DNA from: Myxococcota bacterium
GTDB lineage: Bacteria > Myxococcota > JACRCW01
DNA length: 49,727 nucleotides
Direction: 5' to 3'
Assembly: GCA_040752415.1 (NCBI GenBank)
Contig: JBFMGU010000048.1
Span: 1-49,727 of the forward strand
The notes under the pieces: generated by a model
The model's database searches: none
Seen by the model: only the letters and a program-made list of their open reading frames with translations
What the model was told of the DNA's origin: nothing
Program-made: the position numbers and the translations under genes
Part shown: positions 19,172 to 27,026 of the stretch, in pieces
Numbering within the stretch: the first letter of the stretch is position 1
Layout of the letters: each line of letters starts with the position of its first letter

Positions 19172-20383
19172 TTAGACCGAAGCCAGCGCCTCGACGGGGC
19201 GCAGCCGGCTGGCTTTGTAGGCGGGATAGAGCGCGGCCAGCGCGGCACCCACGCCGGAGAGCATCACCATGCGCAACAGGTAGGAGATCTTGATGGTGGG
19301 GATGAGCAGCTGCGGCAGGCTGGCGCCGGGCGTGGTGAGCCGCACGCCCACGTGACCCAGGATCTCGACGAGACCGAAGCCCAGCACCGCCCCCACGCTG
19401 GCCCCCAGCGCGCCCAGGATCAGCGCCTCGATGAGGAACATGGTGAGGATCTGCCGCCGCTTGGTGCCCACCGCCATCATGGTGCCGATCTCACGCACCC
19501 GCTCCATGACGCTCATCAGAAGCGTGTTGGCAATGCCCATCAGCATGATGAGGAGGAAGATGTACGTGACGTAGTTGAGCGCGGTGTTCTGGGTCTGGCG
19601 CACGTCCTTGGCGAACGCGGCGAAGGTCTCCCAGGTGTGCACCTCGTACTCGTCGCCCAGCACGGCCTGGATGCGCTCCGCCACCGCGCCGGCCTCGTCG
19701 AGGTCCGTGACCTGCACGGCAATCTCGGTGATGCGGCCCTCCATGCGCAGCAGCTGCTGCATCATGGCCAGCGGCATCACCACCAGCTTCTTCTCCCCCT
19801 GCGTGGCCGCGGCCAGCGTGCCCACCACGGTGAGGTCGGAGGCGTTCATGACGCCGTCGACGTCGTTGGTGAGCACCGCGCCCGGCACACCCGGCCTGGC
19901 CTTCACCGCGTTGGCAATCTCCATCCCCAGCAGCACCTCCGTGCCGCCCTTGGTCCACGCGCCGGTGACCACCGCATCCTTGCGACGCGGGGAGACCTTC
20001 AGCTCCTGCTCGGGGTCCACGCCGTTGAACATGGAGAACACGGTCTCGTCGCCCACGTTGACCATGCCCGCGGAGTTGATGCGCGGGGTCACCGCGGTGA
20101 CGCCGGGGACGGCGCGGATCTTCTGCAGCAGCGCCTCATCCAGCGGCATGTCCGGCCTCAGCGGCGTGGACTCCACGCTGGCCATGTAGCCCTTGCGGTG
20201 CACCTGGATGGCGCCCAGGCCGCCCTCGGTGATGCTGAGCAGCAGGCTGCCCTGCAGGCCGTTGAGGAAGCCGCGGACCCCCACCACCGCGAACACGCCC
20301 ACCGCCAGGGCCGCGAGCGTGAGCAGGGTGCGACGTCGGTTCCGCAGGAGGTTGCGCGAGGCGATGTGCGCGAGCTGGAACAT
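19172..20383 (-). CDS. ABC transporter permease (LolC/E, FtsX-like)
   Basis: RNRRRTLLTL, NTLLMSVMERVREIGTMMAVG, YPAYKASRLRPVEAL. Confidence 0.93.
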   Translation of the reverse strand: MFQLAHIASRNLLRNRRRTLLTLAALAVGVFAVVGVRGFLNGLQGSLLLSITEGGLGAIQVHRKGYMASVESTPLRPDMPLDEALLQKIRAVPGVTAVTPRINSAGMVNVGDETVFSMFNGVDPEQELKVSPRRKDAVVTGAWTKGGTEVLLGMEIANAVKARPGVPGAVLTNDVDGVMNASDLTVVGTLAAATQGEKKLVVMPLAMMQQLLRMEGRITEIAVQVTDLDEAGAVAERIQAVLGDEYEVHTWETFAAFAKDVRQTQNTALNYVTYIFLLIMLMGIANTLLMSVMERVREIGTMMAVGTKRRQILTMFLIEALILGALGASVGAVLGFGLVEILGHVGVRLTTPGASLPQLLIPTIKISYLLRMVMLSGVGAALAALYPAYKASRLRPVEALASV

Positions 20384-20394
20384 GGTGGTCTCAC

Positions 20395-20409
20395 TTAACG
20401 AGCGTTCAG
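20395..20409. promoter_or_regulatory. Putative TetR operator just upstream of the first permease start
   Basis: Imperfect palindrome TTAACG-AG-CGTTCA; its reverse complement CTGAACGCTCGTTAA shares 10 contiguous bases with 21096-21110. Confidence 0.55.
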
Positions 20410-20414
20410 AAAGT

Positions 20415-21059
20415 TCATGGCACGACCACGGGGGTTGGGACGGGGGAGAAGGCGCGGACCAGGGTGTCGACGTGGTTGTCCACGAAGCGCTCGCGGTCGA
20501 TGGGCGCGGTCAGGTGGGCCACCCCCCAGATGGTGGTGAGCTGGCGGTACATGAAGAGCGGGCCCACAAGCTCCATGGCCGCCAGCTCCGGGTCCGCCTG
20601 GCGGATGACGCCCCGGTCCATCAGCACCTTGAGCCCCTCGGCGAGCAGCCGGCGTTGCGCGTTGCCCAGCGCATCCACCGGGATCTTGCCCTCGGCGGCC
20701 AGGCGGTAGCCGTCGCTCATGATGACGCGCCACAAGCGCTTCTGGCGGGGCTGCTCAAAGAAATCCAGGAGGGCGGTGCAGAAGCGGCGCAGCAGCACCG
20801 GCAGCGGTGGCGCCGGCTCACGCACCAGTGCCGCCCGCACCTGCACCGGGCCGCTGGTCATGGTCTCCGCCACGATGGCGTGGAGGATGTCCTCCTTGCT
20901 GGGGAAGTGGTGGTACAGCGCGCTGCTGGTCAGCCCCGCCGCGGCGCCAATCTGCCGCATGGACGTCCCGAAGAACCCGCGCTCCGCAAACAGGTCCAGC
21001 GCCGCGTCCAGGATGCGCGTACGCGTGACAGCTGCGTCGGCGTTGGGGGGCCGGGCCAT
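20415..21059 (-). CDS. TetR/AcrR family transcriptional regulator
   Basis: TRILDAALDLFAERGFFGTSMRQIGAAAGLTSSALYHHFPSKEDIL HTH; start reassigned to ATG 21059. Confidence 0.95.
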   Translation of the reverse strand: MARPPNADAAVTRTRILDAALDLFAERGFFGTSMRQIGAAAGLTSSALYHHFPSKEDILHAIVAETMTSGPVQVRAALVREPAPPLPVLLRRFCTALLDFFEQPRQKRLWRVIMSDGYRLAAEGKIPVDALGNAQRRLLAEGLKVLMDRGVIRQADPELAAMELVGPLFMYRQLTTIWGVAHLTAPIDRERFVDNHVDTLVRAFSPVPTPVVVP

Positions 21060-21065
21060 GGGCGC

Positions 21066-21110
21066 ACGATAGGTCCCGCCAACCGGCGTGTCAAACTGAA
21101 CGCTCAATTA
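21066..21110 (-). promoter_or_regulatory. Sigma70-type promoter (TTGACA-17-TATCGT) for a probably leaderless tetR mRNA, with adjacent operator-like site
   Basis: Minus strand TTGACA 21094-21089, 17 nt, TATCGT 21071-21066, 6 nt, ATG 21059; no SD; CTGAACGCTCAATTA at 21096-21110 abuts the -35. Confidence 0.65.
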
Positions 21111-21227
21111 GTTTCCAACCCCGCGGATCCCCTGGGGATCTGGCGTGGCGGGGGCGGGGACGGTGGACATCCGCGGACCCGGGAGCGAGACATCCCGGCC
21201 GCCCCTTCCGGGCGCACAGGACCTGCC

Positions 21228-21596
21228 ATGAAGCACTCTCCCGGATTCCTCAAGCTGGTGGATGACGCGCGCAAGCACATCAAGGAGTGCACCATCCACG
21301 ACGTGAAAGCGCGCCTGGATGCGGGTGAGAAGTTCCACTTCATCGACGTGCGCGAGGACAACGAGTTCCAGAAGGACCACGCCCGGGGCGCGCGTCACCT
21401 CGGGCGCGGCATCCTGGAGCGCGACGTCGAGAACGTGATTCCCGAGAAGGACGCGCCCATCGTGCTGTATTGCGGCGGGGGATTCCGCTCCGCGCTGGCG
21501 GCGGAGAGCCTGCAGAAGATGGGCTACACCAACGTCATCTCCATGGACGGCGGCATCCGCGCGTGGCGCGAGGCGGGCTACCCGCTGGAGAGCTGA
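21228..21596 (+). CDS. Rhodanese-like domain protein (sulfurtransferase)
   Basis: FIDVREDNEF, HLGRGILERD, LYCGGGFRSALAA, SMDGGIRAW; start MKHSPGF. Confidence 0.93.
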   Translation: MKHSPGFLKLVDDARKHIKECTIHDVKARLDAGEKFHFIDVREDNEFQKDHARGARHLGRGILERDVENVIPEKDAPIVLYCGGGFRSALAAESLQKMGYTNVISMDGGIRAWREAGYPLES

Positions 21597-21674
21597 GCGC
21601 ATCGAACACGTCCCACGTTCCGACCGCGGGAACACCGCGCCCGGCTCATGAAAGTCATTCCAGCCGCGCTGCAA

Positions 21675-21950
21675 GGATCACGAAGAGAGTGAGCGGGACA
21701 AGCGGCGCCCTGGAGTGCGGTGCGATCACGACCAAGCACGCCACGACGTGAAGCACCGCCCTGGTTCGGCATCAAGGGCCCCAGTTGTCGTGCACAGCAC
21801 GAGCGGCCCCACGGTTCACGCTTGGACCGGATGGCAACCGCGGCGTCGCGGCTGCCCGATCCAGGGCGGTGCTTCACGTCGTGGCGTGCTTTGCCGTGGT
21901 CGCACCGCACTCCAGGGCGCCGCTTGCCCCGCTTGCCCGCTTCGTGACCC
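21675..21950. repeat. Large intergenic inverted repeat, arms ~21675-21771 and ~21853-21950
   Basis: caagcggcgccctggagtgcggtgcga...aagcacgccacgacgtgaagcaccgccctgg is mirrored as its reverse complement at 21861-21926. Confidence 0.9.
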
Positions 21951-22016
21951 GCCCAGACGCGGCTTGAGGCGCCATCCCGGTCTCGTGCGCGCTCATGTTG
22001 GGAACCCTATGCAACC

Positions 22017-22208
22017 CTAAGCAGGCGTGGGACGTCCCGGGTGCCACCCCGCCATCCGCTCCCGCTGCTCCTTCTGCAGGAACGCCTCGTCGTGGTGGCG
22101 CGGGTCGAAGCCGCGGTGCCGCTCATGCACGTCGCCAAGGATGATCCCCAGCAGGATCCCCACGACGATGGCGGCATGGACCAGCAGCGCACCCCAGGGG
22201 ACCTCCAT
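22017..22208 (-). CDS. Small single-TM hypothetical protein (63 aa)
   Basis: GAGGTG RBS, 9 bp after CBS gene stop; hydrophobic N-terminus and charged tail. Confidence 0.55.
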   Translation of the reverse strand: MEVPWGALLVHAAIVVGILLGIILGDVHERHRGFDPRHHDEAFLQKEQRERMAGWHPGRPTPA

Positions 22209-22217
22209 GGTGACACC

Positions 22218-22619
22218 TCAGTGCGGACCGGACGCGGTCATGCGCTCCAGCACGCGCAGCGCGTCGACGGTGGTGAACACGCCCACCAGCTGGTCACCGT
22301 CCATCACCAACGCGGAGCCGAAGCGGTTCTCGGCCATGGTGCGCGCCACCTCGTGCAGCGGCGTATCCGGGCGGACCACGTAGGGCGCCTCGGTCATGGC
22401 CTCCTCGACGGGGGACTCCTCCGGGTCCACGTCCTTGAAGTTCAGCACCAGCGACAGGTCGCGCTCACTGACCAGGCCCACCACGTGCTCACCGTCGGTG
22501 ACGGGGAGGTGGCGGATGCCGTTCTCACGCATCAGGAAGCTGGCGGCGGAGAGCGGTTGGTCCCGCTCGATGGTGACGGGATTGGGAGTCATGAACGACG
22601 CAACAGTGTCCGGGGTCAT
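22218..22619 (-). CDS. CBS domain pair protein
   Basis: MTPNPVTI...MRENGIRHLPV...VGLVSERD; second CBS VGVFTTVDAL; GGAGG RBS. Confidence 0.93.
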   Translation of the reverse strand: MTPDTVASFMTPNPVTIERDQPLSAASFLMRENGIRHLPVTDGEHVVGLVSERDLSLVLNFKDVDPEESPVEEAMTEAPYVVRPDTPLHEVARTMAENRFGSALVMDGDQLVGVFTTVDALRVLERMTASGPH

Positions 22620-22720
22620 GGCCTAGCCTCCTCGCCTCGACGGCTGGACGGCACGGGCAAGTTAACGATCCATCCGGCCTTCATCCGCGCGGACGCTTGC
22701 GGTGGGGCCCAAGCTCGTCG

Positions 22721-22951
22721 TCACCGGGCGGCACGGATGCGCTGCAGGACCGCACGCACCGTCGAGGATTGGCCGGCCACCGCCCGCTCCACGGCACGCA
22801 CCAGCACCGTCTGCGCATAGGCCTCACGTCGGCCCGGCTCATCCAGGTCCAGCCACGCCGGATTCACCACCAGCGCTCCCGACACATCCCGCTGCCGGTA
22901 CGCCGTGGTGGCGGCGGAGATGAGCGCATCCCTCTCCTCGGCCGGGCTCAT
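22721..22951 (-). CDS. Small hypothetical protein (76 aa) translationally coupled to the ECF sigma
   Basis: ATGA overlap with sigma stop, GGAGGTGG RBS; MSPAEERDALISAATTAYRQRD...PAWLDLD. Confidence 0.7.
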   Translation of the reverse strand: MSPAEERDALISAATTAYRQRDVSGALVVNPAWLDLDEPGRREAYAQTVLVRAVERAVAGQSSTVRAVLQRIRAAR

Positions 22952-23514
22952 CGACCACCTCCCAGCGCGGCCAGGTCCACGCCGCGTCTCGCCAGGCATT
23001 CCGCCAGCAGCTTCCGCGCGCGCGAGAAGTTCTGCAGGAACGTGTTCACCGTCATGCCCACGCGCTGGGCCAGCGTGACGTCGGATTCACCACTGCCGTG
23101 GATGCGTTGCGCCAGCGCCTGGGCGGGACGGGGCGGCAGCTCCTCGCGACACGCCTCGATGTGACGTCGCAGCATGGGATCGGGCGGGACCACCACGGGA
23201 GCCTCCAGCTCGTCCAGGGCGTGTTCATCATGGGTGGTGCGCAGGCGTCGACATTCACTGAGCGCCAGGTTGCGCGCCACGCGGTGGGCAAAACGCAGCA
23301 GGGAATTGGCCCGCCCGTCGGGCTTGAAGGCGGGCGCCAGCTGCCAGACGCGCAGCAACGTCTCCTGCACCACCGCCTCGACGTCCACGCTCGTCGCGAA
23401 CCCGCGCAACGCCAGGCGCAACGGCTCCTCCGCACCGGTCATCCACGCCGCGAAGGCATCCGCGTCGGCGGCCTGGATGGCAACGAGGTGGACGTCGAGG
23501 TCGGGGTAGGTCAT
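22948..23514 (-). CDS. ECF-type RNA polymerase sigma factor
   Basis: Region 2 DVEAVVQETLLRVW...FAHRVARNLALSECRR; region 4 CREELPPR...LAQRVGMTVNT...SRARKLL. Confidence 0.85.
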   Translation of the reverse strand: MTYPDLDVHLVAIQAADADAFAAWMTGAEEPLRLALRGFATSVDVEAVVQETLLRVWQLAPAFKPDGRANSLLRFAHRVARNLALSECRRLRTTHDEHALDELEAPVVVPPDPMLRRHIEACREELPPRPAQALAQRIHGSGESDVTLAQRVGMTVNTFLQNFSRARKLLAECLARRGVDLAALGGGR

Positions 23515-23518
23515 GGGC

Positions 23519-25936
23519 TCAGGCTCCCACGTGGATTTCCCACGCCTCGCATGCCACGGACACCACGCGTTCCTGCCGCAGGTCCTCGGTGACGTCGAGA
23601 ACCAGCTTCACCTGCAGCGACGCCACCACGTTCCCCGCGCGCGTGGACTGCGCCGCATCCACCGTGGCCTGCACCGTGCGTCCGCTGGCCAGGCGGATGG
23701 TCACCGTCGTGGGGAGCACCCAGTCCATGCCCTCGGACGGGGAGTCCACGGCGAGGGTGAGCCGCTGCGGCGTGAGCAGACGGATGATGCCCCGCAGGAT
23801 GCGCCTGACCTGCTTGGCCATCTCGGCAGGGGCCGCGAACTCGTCGTCGCTCTCGTACGACGCGGCGGGAGGAGGAGCCTTGGGCGCGGCGGGAGCGGGT
23901 GACCTGGGCGCGGGCGCGTCCTCCCTCTTCATCACCTCCTTGAGCCGCTCCACGAAGCCAGCCTTCTTGGCCTTGGCCGGCGGAGGCGCGCCCATCGGCG
24001 CTCCCGCGGCCCGCCTGCGGAGCGCGTCCGCGGGAATGGCCTGCAGGCTCGCCGCTCCACCCGACGACGGCGCCGCCGCCGCACGCAACCCCACGCCCTC
24101 CGCCGAGACACCGTGCGGCAGCATCTGCGGCATCGCCTGGTGACGGGAAGGCCGCGTGGGATCCACGGTGATCTCGTCGGAGATGGCCACCCAGGTGGTG
24201 TGCGCGGTGGCAATCTGGAAGTCCAGGCCCAGCTGCTCGATCTCCCGCGCGTGACTGCTCGAGGGAGCGCAGGCCTCGCGCAGCTCCAGGTCCTCCACCG
24301 CCTCGCGCGCGTAGAGCGCCGCCACGTGCCGCGGCCCCTCGCCAAGCGGAACCGCGGGCACCCGCACCGTCTCCTCCCACTCGCCGGACACCGTGCGCGC
24401 GCGGATGCGCAGCAGGCCTCCGTCGGTGCGCAGCTTCACCGCGGCGATCATCGGCGAGCCGGCGTACACGTCGGGTAGCGCCTGCGGCGCGGTGTGCAGG
24501 AGCGCGTCCCCGTCCAGGCGCACGTCCATGGCCACCGGCGCGTTGAGCCGCGCGAGCAGGCGCTGGCACGTCATCCCCGCGTCCTCACCCGGCGCCACAA
24601 TCAGCTCGACGCCACGGCCCGCACGCGCGGAAGGCCGCGTGAGCGCCCGGTTCACCGCCGAGCCCACGCCCACCACGTGGAAACGCGACCCTGGCGGCAG
24701 CTTCTCGGCGATGGTGCGCGTCACCTCGTTCTCGAATCCCACGTACCCGTCGGTGAGCAGCACCACCTGACGCTGCGACTCACTGCCCAGCGGCGCCAGC
24801 GCCTCGACGATGCCCTCCACCATCTCCGTGCCACCCCCGGCGCGCAGTCCCTCCAGCCAACCCAGCGCCCGCCGCTTCAGCTCGACGGTGGCCAGCTCCG
24901 CCTTGGCCGCGAAGCGCATGGCCCGCGACGAGAACGCCACCATCTCCAGGCGGTCCTGCGGCCCCAGCTCGTCGACGATGCGCTCACACACGCGCTTCAC
25001 CTGCGCCAGCGGCTCTCCCGACATGCTGCCGGAGATGTCCAACAAGAGGCACACGTCGCGCGGGAGGGGGCGCGCGGCGGGGGAGTCGTGCTGGGGCGGA
25101 ACCAGGGTGACCAGGCCGTAGGCCGCGAGCGATGCATTCCCCGTCGCGGGACGGGCCACGTCGACGGTGAGACCGAGCCGCGGGCGCGCCACATACCAAC
25201 GCACCACCACGTCGCGGTCCAGCGGCACGCCCTGCACGTCGGCAAACGAGACCGTCACGCGTTCGGCATCGCGCGCCACGTTCAGCGCGTGGGAAGCGGA
25301 CTCCGGCGCGCCGCCGGTGAGCTCGTCGCGGATGGCCAGGTTGAGCTTCATGGTGACCGGGAGGGTGTGCGTGGCCACCGTGAGCGTGTTCGCTTTCTCG
25401 TCGGGAACGCGGCCGGGCTGGCCCATGTAACGCGGCCCCGCGGCCATGGGGAAACGCCACTCCCAGCGGCCTTCCGCCAGCCAGGTGAGACGCTGGTCCA
25501 CGCGGATCTCCGCCGTCACCGTCGCGTGCGGCGGCACGTTGCCCAGCTCCTGCGTGAACAGGTTGGCGCGCACCTCCTCCACCAGTCCCGCGGTGCGCCC
25601 CTCGCTGAGCGCCTCCTCGAACCGCTCCCGCGCGCGCGCCTTGCGGTCCACCTCCCCGACGACACGACGCTCCCCCAGCAGGAACGCGTAACCACTCACC
25701 GCGCCGTCGTGGGGGAGCGGCATGAGGTAGGTGACGTGCAGCGGCTCCGCGTAGGGATTCTCGAAGCGCTGCGTGAGCACCACCGTGGCCACGCCCGCGC
25801 ACGCCTCCACGTGCATGGACGCGTCCTTCAGCGGCAACGCGCGACCGTCATCCGCGTAGAGGAACGCACCGGTTCCGGCGGAGCCTGCGGGGGTGTGGAG
25901 CGTGGGAGCGGACGTGGACACGGACGGGGCGAGCAT
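23519..25936 (-). CDS. VIT (vault inter-alpha-trypsin) + vWA domain protein
   Basis: VIT: QRFENPYAEPLHVTYLMPLPHDGAVSGY...FTQELGNVPP; vWA MIDAS DISGSMSG, GGTEM, LLTDG, VGSAVN. Confidence 0.93.
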   Translation of the reverse strand: MLAPSVSTSAPTLHTPAGSAGTGAFLYADDGRALPLKDASMHVEACAGVATVVLTQRFENPYAEPLHVTYLMPLPHDGAVSGYAFLLGERRVVGEVDRKARARERFEEALSEGRTAGLVEEVRANLFTQELGNVPPHATVTAEIRVDQRLTWLAEGRWEWRFPMAAGPRYMGQPGRVPDEKANTLTVATHTLPVTMKLNLAIRDELTGGAPESASHALNVARDAERVTVSFADVQGVPLDRDVVVRWYVARPRLGLTVDVARPATGNASLAAYGLVTLVPPQHDSPAARPLPRDVCLLLDISGSMSGEPLAQVKRVCERIVDELGPQDRLEMVAFSSRAMRFAAKAELATVELKRRALGWLEGLRAGGGTEMVEGIVEALAPLGSESQRQVVLLTDGYVGFENEVTRTIAEKLPPGSRFHVVGVGSAVNRALTRPSARAGRGVELIVAPGEDAGMTCQRLLARLNAPVAMDVRLDGDALLHTAPQALPDVYAGSPMIAAVKLRTDGGLLRIRARTVSGEWEETVRVPAVPLGEGPRHVAALYAREAVEDLELREACAPSSSHAREIEQLGLDFQIATAHTTWVAISDEITVDPTRPSRHQAMPQMLPHGVSAEGVGLRAAAAPSSGGAASLQAIPADALRRRAAGAPMGAPPPAKAKKAGFVERLKEVMKREDAPAPRSPAPAAPKAPPPAASYESDDEFAAPAEMAKQVRRILRGIIRLLTPQRLTLAVDSPSEGMDWVLPTTVTIRLASGRTVQATVDAAQSTRAGNVVASLQVKLVLDVTEDLRQERVVSVACEAWEIHVGA

Positions 25937-26065
25937 CTGTCATTCTCCGGTGTAGGCGCCAAGGCGCGGTTCACCGGCTCAACGCAACAGGCCCCGGTTT
26001 GCTGACAGCGGATCTGTCGATTCCTGGAAGCACCCGGATCTGCAGGGTTTTCCGCCCGGTCGCGC

Positions 26066-26971
26066 TCAGTCCTGGACGTGGCCGCAGCGTGGGGTCTGCG
26101 TGGTCCCGCTGGGCTGGCCAAGCCAGATGTCATGCAGGATGAGGCGGCCCTGCTCGTCGATCTCGAAGGTGCCCGTGCCGTCCACGTCGGGAGGCACGTA
26201 GTTGCCGCCCACGACCGTCATGGTGAGCGAGCCGTCGCTGGGACTGGCGGTGAAGTTGCCCCAGTAGTCCACGTAGATCTCGAACGGCGTCCACGTCACA
26301 CCAAAGGTGCCATCCGCGTGGAACACCACTTCCTGGATGGCCCGCTCCGGCGCGGCCTCGGCTCCACCGTCGCATTCCAGCTGCGCCACTTCCGTCCAGA
26401 ACCCGACCAGCAGCGCGTCCTCCGGCCGGTACACGTCGAGCCGCGCGCTGATCACGCGCCGTCCGTCCTCGACGTCCGCACTGACGGTGAACGTGCTCCC
26501 CGAGGGCGTGTTGGCCGGCACCTCCACCACCCCCGTGGCCGCATCCACCGTGACGCTTCCCGTCGGGGAGATGGACCACGCCACGCAGGCGTCGACGGGC
26601 TCGTAGATGTAGCAGCACGCCACCGTGCCCACGGAGAGGTCCAGCGTCTGGCCCGGCTGCATCTGGAAGTGCCCGAACGCGTCCGCGCTGATGACGAGGT
26701 TGTCCACCGTGTCCTGCGACAGCGCCGCGCCACTGCAGGCACCACCGGAGCTCGAGCTCGACGTGCCGCTGCTCCCGGAGCTTGACGACGACGTGGCGCT
26801 GCTCGCGGTGCCCGACGACGAGGAGCTGGCCCCACTGGAGGCGCTGCTGGAGCTGACGCCGCCGGTGGATGAGCTGGAAGCGCTGGACGACGACGACGCG
26901 GCCCCGACGGCGGGATCTCCGCTGCACGCAACAGTGACGAGGACGAGGACGAGCGGAGGAAGGTTTCGCAT
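26066..26971 (-). CDS. Lipoprotein with poly-Ser stalk, Ig-like segment and C-terminal lipocalin-like beta domain
   Basis: Start MRNLPPLVLVLVTVAC lipobox; Ser run; LVGFWTE...FHADGTFGVTW...YWGNF. Confidence 0.78.
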   Translation of the reverse strand: MRNLPPLVLVLVTVACSGDPAVGAASSSSSASSSSTGGVSSSSASSGASSSSSGTASSATSSSSSGSSGTSSSSSGGACSGAALSQDTVDNLVISADAFGHFQMQPGQTLDLSVGTVACCYIYEPVDACVAWSISPTGSVTVDAATGVVEVPANTPSGSTFTVSADVEDGRRVISARLDVYRPEDALLVGFWTEVAQLECDGGAEAAPERAIQEVVFHADGTFGVTWTPFEIYVDYWGNFTASPSDGSLTMTVVGGNYVPPDVDGTGTFEIDEQGRLILHDIWLGQPSGTTQTPRCGHVQD

Positions 26972-27026
26972 GCATAGGAGTGTAACATCCGTGGTGGTTC
27001 CAGCGAGGTCATGGCATGACACGGCC

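Noticed and set aside
20193..21227. Long N-terminal extensions in the ORF track (rhodanese, also S51, WYL, DedA, CPBP, paralog 2)
   Set aside because: Extensions overlap neighbouring genes or repeats; downstream starts fit RBS, signal peptides and domain boundaries
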